DNA from: Mobula hypostoma
Taxonomy: Eukaryota
Length of the DNA: 64,000 nucleotides
Reading direction: 5' to 3'
Assembly: GCF_963921235.1 (NCBI RefSeq)
Contig: NC_086097.1
Location: 242,732,001-242,796,000, forward strand
Shown: one piece after another, positions 38,701-50,450 of the stretch
Position numbering within the stretch: position 1 is the first letter of the stretch
Layout: each line of letters opens with the position of its first letter
The notes under the pieces: model-generated
What the model was told of the DNA's origin: nothing
The model's database searches: none
What the model saw: the letters and a program-made list of their open reading frames with translations, nothing else
Made by a program: the position numbers and the translations under genes

Positions 38701-39370
38701 ATATGTTCAGATTCATCCTCAGTTCTAGCAAGTTTAAGACCTTTTCACACAAACAGTCGGCAAGATGTACTTTATGAAGTCCTTCAGTTAGTTACAAGAA
38801 TTGCAAATCAAGGAGGTCAGGTAAAATTTCTATGGGTTCCAGCACATGTAGGGGTGAAGGGGAATGAGAGGGTGGATGAGTTGGCAAAGAGGGCGTTAAA
38901 GGAAGAAAATGTGGAAATGCACATTAGTATCAGTAAAGCAGAGGTTAAGTGTGTAATCTGGGAAAAAGTCAACCGAATGTGGCAAGAAAGATGGGACAGG
39001 GAGGGGAAAGGGAGGCATTTATATCAAATACAAAAGAGTGTTGCAGTTACTAGGGTAGGTAATGGAAACAGAAGAGAGGAAACTGTGTGGACTAGGTTAA
39101 GGCTGGGACACTGTGCATTAAACAAAACATTGAAAATGATAGGGAAACACCAGACAGGATTGTGTGAGGAATGTCAGGAAGAGGAGTCAGTAGAACATGT
39201 AGTTCTGAGTTGCAGGAAGTATGGGATACAGAGAGAGATGATGAGAAATAAATTAAGGGAGTTGGGGATGCAGGAATTCACATTAAAAGGGTTGCTAGCA
39301 TGGGTGACAGAGCACAAGTCCGGGTATTTTTAGCGTTTTTAAGGGGTACAGGGGTTTTTTATAGAATATG
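35766..39370 (+). pseudogene. Nimb ORF2 APE-RT-RNase H-zinc knuckle (frameshifted)
   Basis: LQWNARSL, CIQETWL, GSDHHP, SYRPIALTS, GTPQGSV, LFADD, IYTDG, WVPAHVGVKGNERVDELAK, RLRLGH..CEEC..ESVEH. Confidence 0.92.
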
Positions 39371-39426
39371 ACGAATAAACAGGAATAGGATACTAGGATG
39401 GTCAAAGATGGGAGGGTGAAGTGTAG

Positions 39427-39429
<3 letters not shown>

Positions 39430-39479
<50 letters not shown>

Positions 39480-39489
39480 CGCGCGCGCG
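39430..39489. repeat. (GT)n(GC)n alternating purine-pyrimidine tract in the Nimb 3' UTR
   Basis: Seen directly. Confidence 0.95.
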
Positions 39490-42400
39490 ATTGGGTGAAG
39501 GGATTTAGAATGTATGTCTAGTGCTCATTCTGGAGCAGAGGGTGGCGGTAATGCACCATTAAGCTGGATGCCAACCACTGTAAAACAAGATACAGACAGA
39601 CAGACCCATGAGGGAGGAGCTGGCCAAAGTTGACTGGAAAGATACGCTAGCAGGGATGACAGTGGAACAACAATGGCAGGTATTTCTGGGAATAATACAG
39701 AAGGTGCAGGATCAGTTCATTCCAAAGAGGAAGAAAGATTCTAAGGGGCGACCATGGATGACAACGGAAGTCAAGGACAGTATAAAAATGAAAGAGAGGA
39801 AGTATAATATAGCAAGGATGAGCAGGAAGCCAGAGGATTGGGAGACTTTTAAGGAGCAACAGAAGATAACTAAAAAGGCAATACGGGGGGAAAAGATGAG
39901 GTACGAAGGTAAGCTAGCCAAGAATATAAAGGAGGACAGTAAAAGCTTCTTTAGATATGTGAAGAAGCTGGGCCCTTGAAGACAGAAGCGGGTGAATTTA
40001 TTATGGGGAACAAGGAAATGGCAGACGAGCTGAACAGGTACTTTGGATCTGTCTTCACTAGGGAAGACACAAACAATCTCCCAGATGTAATAGTGGCCAG
40101 AGGACCTAGGGTAATGGAAGAACTGAAGGAAATTCACATTAGGCAGAAAATGGTGTTGGGTAAACTGATGGGACTGAAGGCTGATAAATCCCCAGGGCCT
40201 GATGGTCTGCATCCCAGGGTACTTAAGGAGGTGACTCTAGAAATCATGGACACATTGGTAATCATTTTCCAATGTTCTATAGATTCAGGGTCAGTTCCTG
40301 CGGATTGGAGGGTAGCTAATGTTATCCCACTTTTTAAGAAAGGAGGGAGAGAGAAAACAGGCAATTATAGACCAGTTAGTCTGACATCAGTGGTGGGGAA
40401 GGTGCTGGAGTCAATTATAAAAGATGAAATAACGGCATATTTGGATAGCAGGATAGGTCCGAGTCTGCATGGATTTACGAAGGGGAAATCATGCTTGACT
40501 AATCTTCTGGAATTTTTTTGAGTGTAACTATGAAAATGGACATGGGAAGGGCAATGGATGTAGTGTACCTGGAATTTCAGAAAGCCTTTGATAAGGTTCC
40601 ACATAGGAGGTTAGTGGGCAAAATTATAGCACATGGTATTGGGGGTAGGGGACTGACATGGATAGAAAATTGGTTGGCAGACAGGAAACAAAGAGTAGGG
40701 ATTAACGGGTCCTTTTCAGAATGGCAGGCAGTGACTAGTGGGGTACCGCAAGGCTCGGTGCTGGGACTGCAGCTATTTACAATATACATTGATGATTTAG
40801 ATGAAGGGATTAAAAGTAACATTAGCAAATTTGCATATGACACAAAGCTGGGTGACAGTGTGAAATGTGAGGAGGATGTTATGAGAATGCAGGGTGACTT
40901 GGACAGGCTGGGTGAGTGGGCAGATGCATGGCAGATGCAGTTTAATGTGGATAAATGTGAGGTTATCCACTTTGGTGGCAAGAACAGGAAGGGAGATTAC
41001 TATCTGAATGGTGTCAAGTTAGGAAAAGGGGAAGTACAGCGAGATCTAGGTGTCCTTTTTCATCAGTCACTGAAAGTAAGCATGCAGGTACAGCAGGCAG
41101 TGAAGAAAGCTAATGGCATGCTGGCCTTCATAACAAGGGGAGTTGAGTATAGGAGCAAAGAGGTCCTTCTGCAGTTGTATAAGGCCCTGGTGAGACCCCA
41201 CCTGGAGTATTGTGTGCAGTTTTGGTCTCCAAATTTGAGGAAGGACATTCTTGCTATGGAGGGACTGCAGCGTAGGCTCACTGGGTTAATTCCAGGGATG
41301 GCGGGAATGTCATATGTTGAAAGATTGGAGCGACTGGGCTTGTATACACTGGAATTTAGAAGGATGAGAGGGGATCTGATTGAAACATATAAGATTATTA
41401 AGGGATTGGACACGCTAGAGGTAGGAAACATGTTCCCGATGTTGGGGGAGTCCAGAACCAGAGGCCACAGTTTAAGAATAAGGGGTAGACCATTTAGAAT
41501 GGAGTTGAGGAAAAACTTTTTCACACAGAGGGTTGTGGATCTGTGGAATGCTCTGCCTCAGAAGGCTGTGGAGGCCAATTCTCTGGATTCTTTCAAGAAA
41601 GAGTTAGATAGAGCTCTTAAAGATAGTGGAGTGAAGGGATATTGGGAGAAGGCAGGAAAAGGGTACTGATGGTGGATGATCAGCCGTGATCACAGTGAAT
41701 GGTGGTGCTGGCTCGAAGGGCCGAATGGCCTACTCCTGCACCTATTGTCTATTGCCTATTATCCATTATCCTATTACGGAGCTGATCGAAGTACACGCTT
41801 GAAGTCTCTCAGAAAAAAAAATTGCTGATCACAAACTATCAAAAGCACACACTGCTGCTCTAAGTGTTGAAAATATAGCTAGTGAAGATGCTCTTGGAAA
41901 ATTATGTGACACCATGAATGCTTCGCATCTAAAGGCAACTTGTTCAATTTTTCGTTCTGAATATTATTTAGCTTAGAATGATAGACCATACTCTGATCAC
42001 TTTGGCTTATTGGAACTTCAAAAAATTAATGGTATTGACATTGGAATTGGACTGCATTCCCACACTAATGCTACAGAGATAATTAATCACAGAGCCATTA
42101 ATATGAAAAAGAAAATTTGCCAGCATATCAAGCAGATAAATGGCAAATTTTCTGTTCTCAATGATGAATCAACAAGCCTGAGCATTAAGACCACCCTAAT
42201 AGTTTATCTGAAATGTGAAAGTGATAAGGAAGATGATCCCCATTTTATGTTTTTAGATCTAATTGAACTGCCTGATCAGAAAGCTGCAACTATTGCTAAG
42301 CATCTGTTGAACTGTCCCAATAACCATAGGTTTGATGACTCTTAGTTGAAACAGAACCTTGTAGCATTTGCTAGTGATGGGGCGAGCGTAATGCTTGGTG

Positions 42401-43944
42401 TCAAATCTGATGTTGCTACAATTCTCAAGGAACATTACCCTGACGTGATAATTTGGCACTGTCTTAATCACAGATCAGAACTTGCAGTAGATGATTCGGT
42501 GAGAGAAGTTCATGGAATAAACCATTTTCTATCATTTATGGACAAATTGTACTCTTTTTACAGTAGATCACCTCTAAATCAGAAGGAACTGTCTGAATGT
42601 GCCTCTCAACTAGAACAACAAATTTGCAAAATAGGCCGTGTTCTGGGCACCAGGTGGGGAGCTAGCTCGTTTCGAACAGTTTCAGCAGCGTGGCAAAATT
42701 ATGAAGCACTGTGTTTTCATTTTAAAAAAGCAATGAAGGATGAAACTAGATCTGGGAGTGACAGAAAAACCTATGAAGGTCTGTTGAAAAGACTCTCTTC
42801 AGAACAATTTCTATTGGACTTAGCTCTAATGTATGACACATTGCATGAACTTGGTTTACTGTCAGCATGTTTACAGAAACGTACTACTACGATTGTTTAT
42901 GCAGAGAAACTGATCCAACAGAGCATAAGATCACTGCATGGAGTGAAAGAGCAACCTGGTACAAAAACTCTAGAAGCTCAAGAGGCAGTTGAAAAGGGGA
43001 AGTTTGGAGAAATTACCTCAACAAGCAACAACAAAATTGTCTCCATTAATTATCTACAGTTTCTTATTAGTTTTATAAACAATTTGCAGCACTGTATGTT
43101 CACGGCAACATCCTTGAAAGGTTCTCAAACTTCTAAACCTCAAAGTATATATAAATCCCTGCTAAATGGAATGTGTGTCCTTGATAAAGATAACTGGCCT
43201 GCTGAAGTACTACCTAATTATGGAGAAGCAACAATATCATCTCTCTTTAAGAGGTTTAAGCTTTCTTCTTCCTCTGTAATAAATGCCTTCAGGGATTATG
43301 TGGAGGATCGTGGACGCTGCATCCCCCAAGATTTATGCCCATTACTGAGCTGTTCATAAGTTATTCCTTTTAGTACTGCTGAGTGTGAGAGAGGATTCAG
43401 TCACATGAACTTGATAACAACAACAACACGCTCAAGGATTCTCATAAATCATGTATCAGCACTTATGTTTGTTAAACTACACGGACCTCCTCTAGTTCAG
43501 TGGAATCCTGAGCTGTATGTCACATCATGGCTGCGGTACCACAGATCAGCAGATGACACCAGGACAAGAGTTGCTTCAGACCCTCAAACATATATTACAC
43601 CTGCCCCTTTGTGGAAATTATTGTGAAATTTCTCATTGGTGGCATTTGGTAAGTAGGTAATTACTTTTAAATTGGTAAAATACATGATTACTGTCTTTTT
43701 CTTCACTTGCTTGATAATTATATTTTATGATAATTAGTGAGTGCAACCATGGAATACTTTGTTATATTATTAAATTAAGTATTATATGTTTTATTGTACC
43801 AGTTATACACTGAAATGTAGTGATAGGCTATAATCTTGTTAATGTCTTAACTATTACTATATTTCTGTGGAGCTCTGGAATTCATATATTTCTTTCATCT
43901 TGGTTTAGTGCTTGACATTGTAAGAAGCCCTATTCATACATATG

Positions 43945-44039
43945 TGTCACACGCGATTTGTGTACCTGCTTATTACATGAATGGGGCAAGGAAGTTGCCC
44001 AGTACATGAAATGAGCAGGTACACAAATTGGGTGTGACA
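43945..44039. mobile_element. 95-bp fold-back MITE with TGT...ACA ends
   Basis: 45-bp imperfect inverted arms around a 5-nt loop. Confidence 0.75.
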
Positions 44040-44041
44040 TA

Positions 44042-44240
44042 CAAGGGTGATTGATAAGTTCGTGGCCTAAGGTGGAAGGAATCAATTTTAGAAAACCTAG
44101 CAATTTTCAATGATCTGAAACAGAAATACCACAAAAGTTATTAACTTCAAACTTTCTGCATAATCACTCAGAGTTGAACTGCACATGCATGTAATGAGAG
44201 CTGTGTAACCTTAGGCCACGAGGTTATCAATCACCCCTCA
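44042..44240. mobile_element. Tc1/mariner-type MITE
   Basis: ~30-bp TIRs gggtgattgataagttcgtggcctaaggt and accttaggccacgaggttatcaatcaccc; TA at 44040-44041 and 44241-44242. Confidence 0.9.
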
Positions 44241-44519
44241 TACAGCTCCGGCACCTAAGAAATTGGCACTGCACCCCTGCTTGTAGGTGTCTTACTTCTC
44301 CAATACCAGAGGGGTCTGAGATTGAAAGAGCAATATACCACAGAGAGAAATCCTTTGTTGCCTTGTGCTGCTCATGAAAACAGTCCTTAATGTACAGGAC
44401 TCTGAGAGGTGGATCAGCCTGAACCTGCAGATGGCCCTCAGCAGAATATCTCATGTGCATGCTTTAGATATGCTTTCCAGAACTGCACCATTACTGCCCG
44501 CACCCCCTCTTTGCTCCTG

Positions 44520-45110
44520 TTCTGAATATAATGCTGAGGCTTTCTAAAGCTTTGGTCAGACTGCAGTTGGAGAATTGTGTGAGCAGTTTTGGACCCCTCT
44601 CTACAAAATAATGTTCTGACATTGGAGGGAATCCAGAGGAGGTTCACAAGAATGGTTCCAGGTAAGTGAGGACTAATATATAAGGAGCTACTTATGGCTC
44701 TGTGCCTATACTCACTGGAATTCAGAAGAATGAGGGGGGGGATCTTATTGAAACCCATCAAATATTGAATGGTCTCGAGTGGACATGAAGTGGATGTTTC
44801 CTATAGGACCAGAGGGCAGCGCCGCAGAATATAAGGAAGTCCCTTTAGAACAGAGATGAGGTATTTCTTTAGCCAGAGGATGGTGAATCTATGGAATTGA
44901 TTGTCACAGATGGCCTCAGAGGCCAAATCACTGGGTATATTTAAAGTGGAGGTTTATTGGTTCTTGATTAGTTAGGGGGGCACCCAAAGTTGCAGAGGGA
45001 AGGCAGGAGAATGGGTTTAAGAGGGTTGATAAAAACAGCCATGACAGAATGGCAGAACAGACTCAGTGATCCAAATGGCTTAATTCGGCTCCTATGTCTT
45101 ATGATCTTAA
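44520..45110 (+). mobile_element. CR1 3' fragment
   Basis: Degenerate LVRLQLENCVSSF-like RT end and CR1 3' UTR. Confidence 0.8.
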
Positions 45111-45724
45111 AAACATTGAGCCATAGATTGGAGTAAGGGCAGCTGTGGGGATTTGCTCTCTGTTCCCCCCCCCCCACCACCCCCACCACCAATAAATGTT
45201 CCGTTTAAACAGCAGCAGGGCCTTGCTTTACTGGAGACTGTCGTTTCTGGGTTGGGGAACCTGGCATTAATTAGCATGTAAATGTGACAGCTGGTGCACC
45301 AAACTGAATTACTGGCGATTGTCACTGTACAGATGGTCACTTAAGAGCCCCCAATGGAGAGTCTAAACGCTCCTCTGCATTTACATGAGGATTGCACTGG
45401 AATCTCACACCCGAGCCACTCCAGCACTGAATTGTCATGGGCTAACTGTGCGGGATTAGTGCTCCCGGTTAATTCAATTTCTAGGCAAGCATAATTTGAC
45501 TTCAAGATCAGGATGTAGAAATAAACTTCAGCTTTAGCAACTGAAGGAAAGAATAAGAAGTATAAGTAGATCACTTATCATCCGTTACTTAGTGGTGGCA
45601 TTCCCATCTCTGAGAAAAAATGTCAGTCTAAATGCCCCTCCAGAACTGAAAGCCCAAAAACTTATTGGATGCTTTAATGCACTACTGAGAGAGCCCTGCA
45701 TTCCTGGCCATCCAACCATCCCAT

Positions 45725-47530
45725 GAAACCATGAGACCATAAAACACAGGAGCAGAATTAGGCCATTTGAGTCTGCTCTGCCATTCCATCAAGTCTGATT
45801 TATTTTTCCTTTCAATCCCATTCTCCTGCCTTCTTCCCATGACCCTTGACACTTTTACTAATCAAGAACGCATTAACCTGCTCTTTAAATATACCTAAAG
45901 ACTTGCTCTACAGCTCTCACATGACAATGAATTCCACAGATTCCCCATCCCCTGGCTGAATATGTTCCTGCTTATCTCTGTTTTAAAGAGTTGTCCTGTG
46001 CCCTCTGGTCCTAGACTCCCCCATTATAGGAAACAACCTCCCCATACCCACTTTATCTAGGCCTTTCAATATTCAATAGGTTTCAATGAGATCCCCCTCA
46101 TTCTCCTAAATTCCTGAGAGTACAGTCCAAGAGCTATCAAATATTCCTCACGTGTTAACCGTTTCTTTCCTGGAATCATTCTCGTGAACCTCTTCTGGAT
46201 CCTCTCCAATTCCAGCACATCCTTACTTAGATACGGGGCCCAAAACTGCTCTCCGTACTCACAATATTCCAAATGTGGCCTGAACAACGCCTTACAAAGC
46301 CTCAGGATTACACCTCTGCATTTATATTCTAGTCCTTTCAAAATGAATGCTAACATTACATTTGCCTTCCTTACCACCAATTTAATCTTCACGTTAGTCC
46401 ATAAGATAAAGGAACAGAATTAGGCCATTGGGCCCATCGAGTCTGCTCCGCCATTTCATCATGGTTGATCTGTTTCCTTCTCAACCCCATTCTCCTGCCT
46501 TCTCCCAATGACCTTAAATGCTCTGATTAATCAATAACTTATCAACCTCTGCCTTAAGTATACCCAATGACCTGGCCCCCACAGTCGCCTGGGGCAAAGA
46601 ATTCCACAGACTCACCACCCTCTGGCTAAAGAAGTTCTTCCCTGTTTGTGTCATGACATATTCAATTCACTTATTTTTGCATATAACCCATAGTGAATTA
46701 CTTAAGTGAATAAAAATCCTTAATCAAGCAATATATTTACAATATGACTCAAATGCAATTGAAATATTAAATACAGAACACTCCATTTTAAATACACCCA
46801 GGAACCTGGCCTACACAGCTGCCTGTGGCAAAGAATTCCACAGATTCTTCACCCTCTGGCTAAAGAAATTCCTTCTCATCTCCGTTCTAAATAGACATCC
46901 TTCTATACTGAGGCTTTGCCCTCTGGTCCTAGACTCCCCCATCAAAGAAAACATCCCCTTCACATCCACTCTATCTAACCTTTGACTTCTCCGTGGATTG
47001 TCAGCTTGTTGTGGTGGAGAAGCTCGTGTGGTCCTGTGATCCCGAGAGCAATGCCGTCTGGAGCTATGCTCCTGGTGGGTCATCCATGGTGGTAAGGTCG
47101 AGGGTGAGGTCCCTGACAAAGAACAATCCAACCAAGACCTCAATGGTGGAACAGGCGGACAAAGTTACTTCGAACTCAACGGCTGTGAAGGCGGATGAAG
47201 GCAGCAACAAATCCATCAGCTCCAATCGTCGTGGTTTCCATGCCATTGGAATCAGCTGGTTAATTTGTGAAGTATCGTGTGCTTCTTGGAGTGCAACATC
47301 AAGTACACGTTAGACAAATACACGCACAGGCGTCTTCACTCTGTGGGCCACTTCTTCAGAACGAAGACCATCATCCTCGACCTCGAGGGATAGTCACGAT
47401 GACGACGATCTAACCTTTGAAGAATCCTGCACGAGGACTCCCAAGTCATTTTGCTCCTCAGATTTTTAAATCTTCTCGCCATTTAGAAATTAGTCTATGT
47501 CTTTGTTCCTTCTATCAAAGTGCATGATCA
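45725..47530 (-). mobile_element. Stack of CR1 3' fragments
   Basis: ORF 46066-46392 LFRPHLEYC; repeated CR1 3' UTRs. Confidence 0.8.
46986..47407 (+). mobile_element. Non-autonomous RTE (BovB/Expander-like 5' UTR joined to a 3' tail); relative at ~57003-57400
   Basis: 13-bp TSD atctaacctttga at 46973-46985 and 47408-47420; (gac)n tail. Confidence 0.8.
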
Positions 47531-47899
47531 TTCAGCTTAAGTTCCTCTCATTGATGTCTCTCTTTTCCTTTTCAAGGTGGCTGGAGTTCTATTGAGGTCT
47601 ATCATCTGCAACGGCACTCAAAAACTGTGTTTTTTCATGTCTCACCAGGTGGCCATTTCCCTACATTCTCCAGGGAGCACCTTGCGCGGCTTTGTGAATG
47701 ACCAGTTCCACAGAGGCGACACGGAAGGAGCATCACGACTTTGCTGCAGCAGATGTATGGACGGAGGTCTCTGTAGTTGACTGGTCGCACTCTTGATAGC
47801 GGGAGGGCTTGCTGTCAATTCTCGAATCGGAGACTCTTGGAATAAAAGGCGACATGGCAGATTGTAATACCGTAACAGTAACTGTCAGTCTCCCCTTTC

Positions 47900-49410
47900 G
47901 CTGTGAAATGGATGCAGCCATGGGCACTCGCATGGGTCTCAGCTATGCCTGCCTGTTTGTCGGCTATGTGGAACAGCCTATGTTCCAAGCCTGCACTGGT
48001 GACTGTCCCGCACTTTTCCTATGCAACATCGACAACTGCATTGGTGCTGCTTCCTGCACCCATGCTGAACTCGTTGACTTCATCCACTTTGCCTCCAACT
48101 TCCACCCTGCCCTCAAATTCTCTGGTCCATTTCCAACATCTCTCTCCCCTTTCCCAATCTCACTGTCTCTGGAGACAGCTTATCCACTGCTGTCTATTAT
48201 AAACCCACAGACTTTCACAGCTAACTGAACTATACCTCTTCCCACTCTGTTGTAAAAACACCATTCCCTTCTCTCAATCGCTCCATCTCTGCCACATCTG
48301 CTCTCCCGGTGAGGCTTTTCATTCTAGAATGAAGGAGATGTCCTCCTTTTACAAAGAAAAGGGCTTCCCTTCCTCCACCATCAATGCTGCCCTCAGCTGT
48401 TATATTTCACACACGTCTGCTCTTTCCCCATCCTCCTGCCACCCTACCAGGGATATGGTCCCTCTTGTCCTCACCTGTCACCCCACCAGCCTTCAAATTC
48501 AGTACATAATTCTCCGAAAATTCCACCATCTCCAATGGGATCCCACCACCAAGCACATCTTTCCCTCCCCCCCCCCCACACTTTCTGCTCTCTGCTGGGA
48601 TTGCTCCCTATGCGGCTCCCCATTCATCCCTCCCCACTGATCTCCCTCCTGGAACTTGTCCTTGCAAGCGGAACAAGTGCCCCTACACCTCCTTCCTCAC
48701 CACCATTCAGGGCCTCAAACAGTCCTTCCAGGTGAGGCGACACTTCACCTGTGAGTCTGTTGGGGTCATCTGCTGTGTCCGGTGCTCCCGGTGTGGCCTC
48801 CTGTATATTGGTGAGACCCGATATAGATTGGGAGACTGCTTCGCCGAGCACCTATACTCCATCCACTAAGAAAAGCGGGATCTCCCAGTGGCCACCCATA
48901 TTAATTCCACTTCACATATCCATTCCGATATGTCTATCCATGGCCTCCTCCACTGTCCTGATGAGGACACACTTAGGTTGGAGGAACAACACCTTATATT
49001 CCATTTGGCTAGCCTCCAACCTGATGGCATGAACGTTGACTTCCCTAACTTCCGGTAATGCTCCCCCTTCACCATTTCCCATCCCCTTTTCCCTCTCTCA
49101 CCCTATCTCCTTGCCAGTGTATCGCCTCCCCCTGGTGCATCTCCTCCCTTTTCTTTCTTTCATGGCCTTCTGTCTCCTTCACCAATTTACTTCCCAGCTC
49201 TTTACTTCATCCCCTTCCCGCCCTTCAGCATTCACCTATCACCTTGTGTTTCTCTCTTCCCTCCCCTCACCTTTTAAAACTACGCCTCAGCATTTTTTCC
49301 TCCAGTCCTGCTGAAGGATTTTAGCCCTAGACATCGGCTGTACGCTTTTCCTAGATTCTGCCTTGCCTGCTGAGTTCCTCCAGCATTTTGTGTGTGCTGC
49401 TCGGATATCT
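47900..49410 (+). mobile_element. Penelope-like element: RT, GIY-YIG endonuclease, pseudo-LTR
   Basis: AMGTRMGLSYACLFVGYVEQ; GVICCVRCSRCGLLYIGETRYRLGDCFAEH at ~48762-48850; decayed hammerhead at 49303-49340. Confidence 0.92.
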
Positions 49411-50069
49411 CACTCTCAGAGCCTGTGGCATATCAAACTGTTGGGTTAACAATGGTTTTTGTTGTCTGCGGATCATGGTCTCTCTTTGGGTGCTTTGCTA
49501 TTGTTTGGCGGGTGGTGGGTGCTGACACTTCTTTGCTGAAGTGAGTGAGGGATGGGGGGGAAGTTGCTGCTGCTTGTGTGGGGGGGGAGAGGGGTCTTTG
49601 GGGTTTTAACACTATTCTCCCTTTCATTCTTTTGTTTTCGTGGATGTCTGCAAAAACTCAGTATCTCAGGTCGCATACTGTATACATTCTCTGATAATAA
49701 ACGGAACTGTTTGAAGCATTTGAACCATTTCCTTACACTGCATTCCATCTGTTACTTTGCCCTTTCTCCTAATCTCTCCAAGTCCTGCAGAAAGATTAAA
49801 CTAATTCTGCTCTCTCCCGCATCTGTTAACTCTCCCATAGCATGACTATCAAGAAGTGCAGGGGAACCTCTAACAGAGTCCTTGGTGATATTTATCCCTG
49901 GAGCATCAACTAAATTTGAACGTTTATCACATTTCTGTGCGCAATTCGACTGGCAATGTGGGCAGCACTTCACTGTGAAGTGTTTTGAAGTGTCCCAAGA
50001 TCATGATAGGTGCTGTACAGTATACATTCAAGCTTGACCCTTTAAGCTTCTAGATCAAGGATAGGCACC

Positions 50070-50450
50070 CCTGAAATGTTTATAAGGAGCACTGTCCCAA
50101 GAAAACAGCATCCATCATCAAGGAGCCCCACCATCCAGGCTATGCTCTCTTCTTGCTGCTACCATGGGGCAGGAGGTACAGGAGCCTAAGGACCCACAGC
50201 TCCAGCTTCAGGAACGGTTATTATCCTCCAACTACCAGGCTCCTGAACCAGCATGGATAACTTTGCTCACCTCAGCTCTGAACTGATTCCAAAACCTGCA
50301 CACTCACTACTTACAGCCCATGTTCTCAGTATTTGTTTTTGCATTTGCACGATTTGTCTTCTGGTTTGTCAGTCCTTGTTTATGTTTTTCATAAATTCTA
50401 TTGCATTCCTTTATTTTCCTGTAAATACCTGCAAGAAAATCAATCTCTAG
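50070..50450 (+). mobile_element. Rex1-type 3' fragment
   Basis: gcatccatcatcaagga...caggaggtacaggagcct motifs. Confidence 0.75.

Larger units (their letters stand above)
34362..39602 (+). mobile_element. Full-length Nimb/I-group LINE
   Basis: 12-bp TSD gacccatgaggg at 34350-34361 and 39603-39614; 3' motif ggtggcggtaatgcacc; (gaca)n tail; two ORFs. Confidence 0.92.
32069..41766 (+). mobile_element. Full-length CR1 LINE (5' UTR, ORF1 from 32384, ORF2 to 41669, 3' tail), interrupted twice
   Basis: ORF1 CxxC..CxxC and SGNH esterase VIGDSIVRG; APE GITETWL, IYRPPNS, MGDFN; RT 40518-41669; (ctattgt)n tail; tatcc repeated at both junctions. Confidence 0.95.
31694..43626 (+). pseudogene. hAT transposase pseudogene, KIAA1586-like (31694-32068 joined to 41772-43626, ~742 codons)
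   Basis: YPWL..CKVC..H..SKAH zinc finger, NDEST, FASDGAS, WHCLNHR, GTRW, STAECERGFSHMN; stops at 41974, 42343, 43357; +1 A in the run at ~41813-41821. Confidence 0.9.
29570..44279 (+). mobile_element. hAT DNA transposon (KIAA1586-like), carrying nested insertions
   Basis: TIR ggggtgcagtgc (29570-29581) and gcactgcacccc (44266-44277); subterminal tcc(a/g)gcacct at both ends; transposase inside; 8-bp TSD not clearly preserved. Confidence 0.8.

Noticed and set aside
43945..44039. pre-miRNA hairpin
   Set aside because: Transposon-type termini, a probable TSD and a position inside a transposon favour a MITE; no expression evidence is available.
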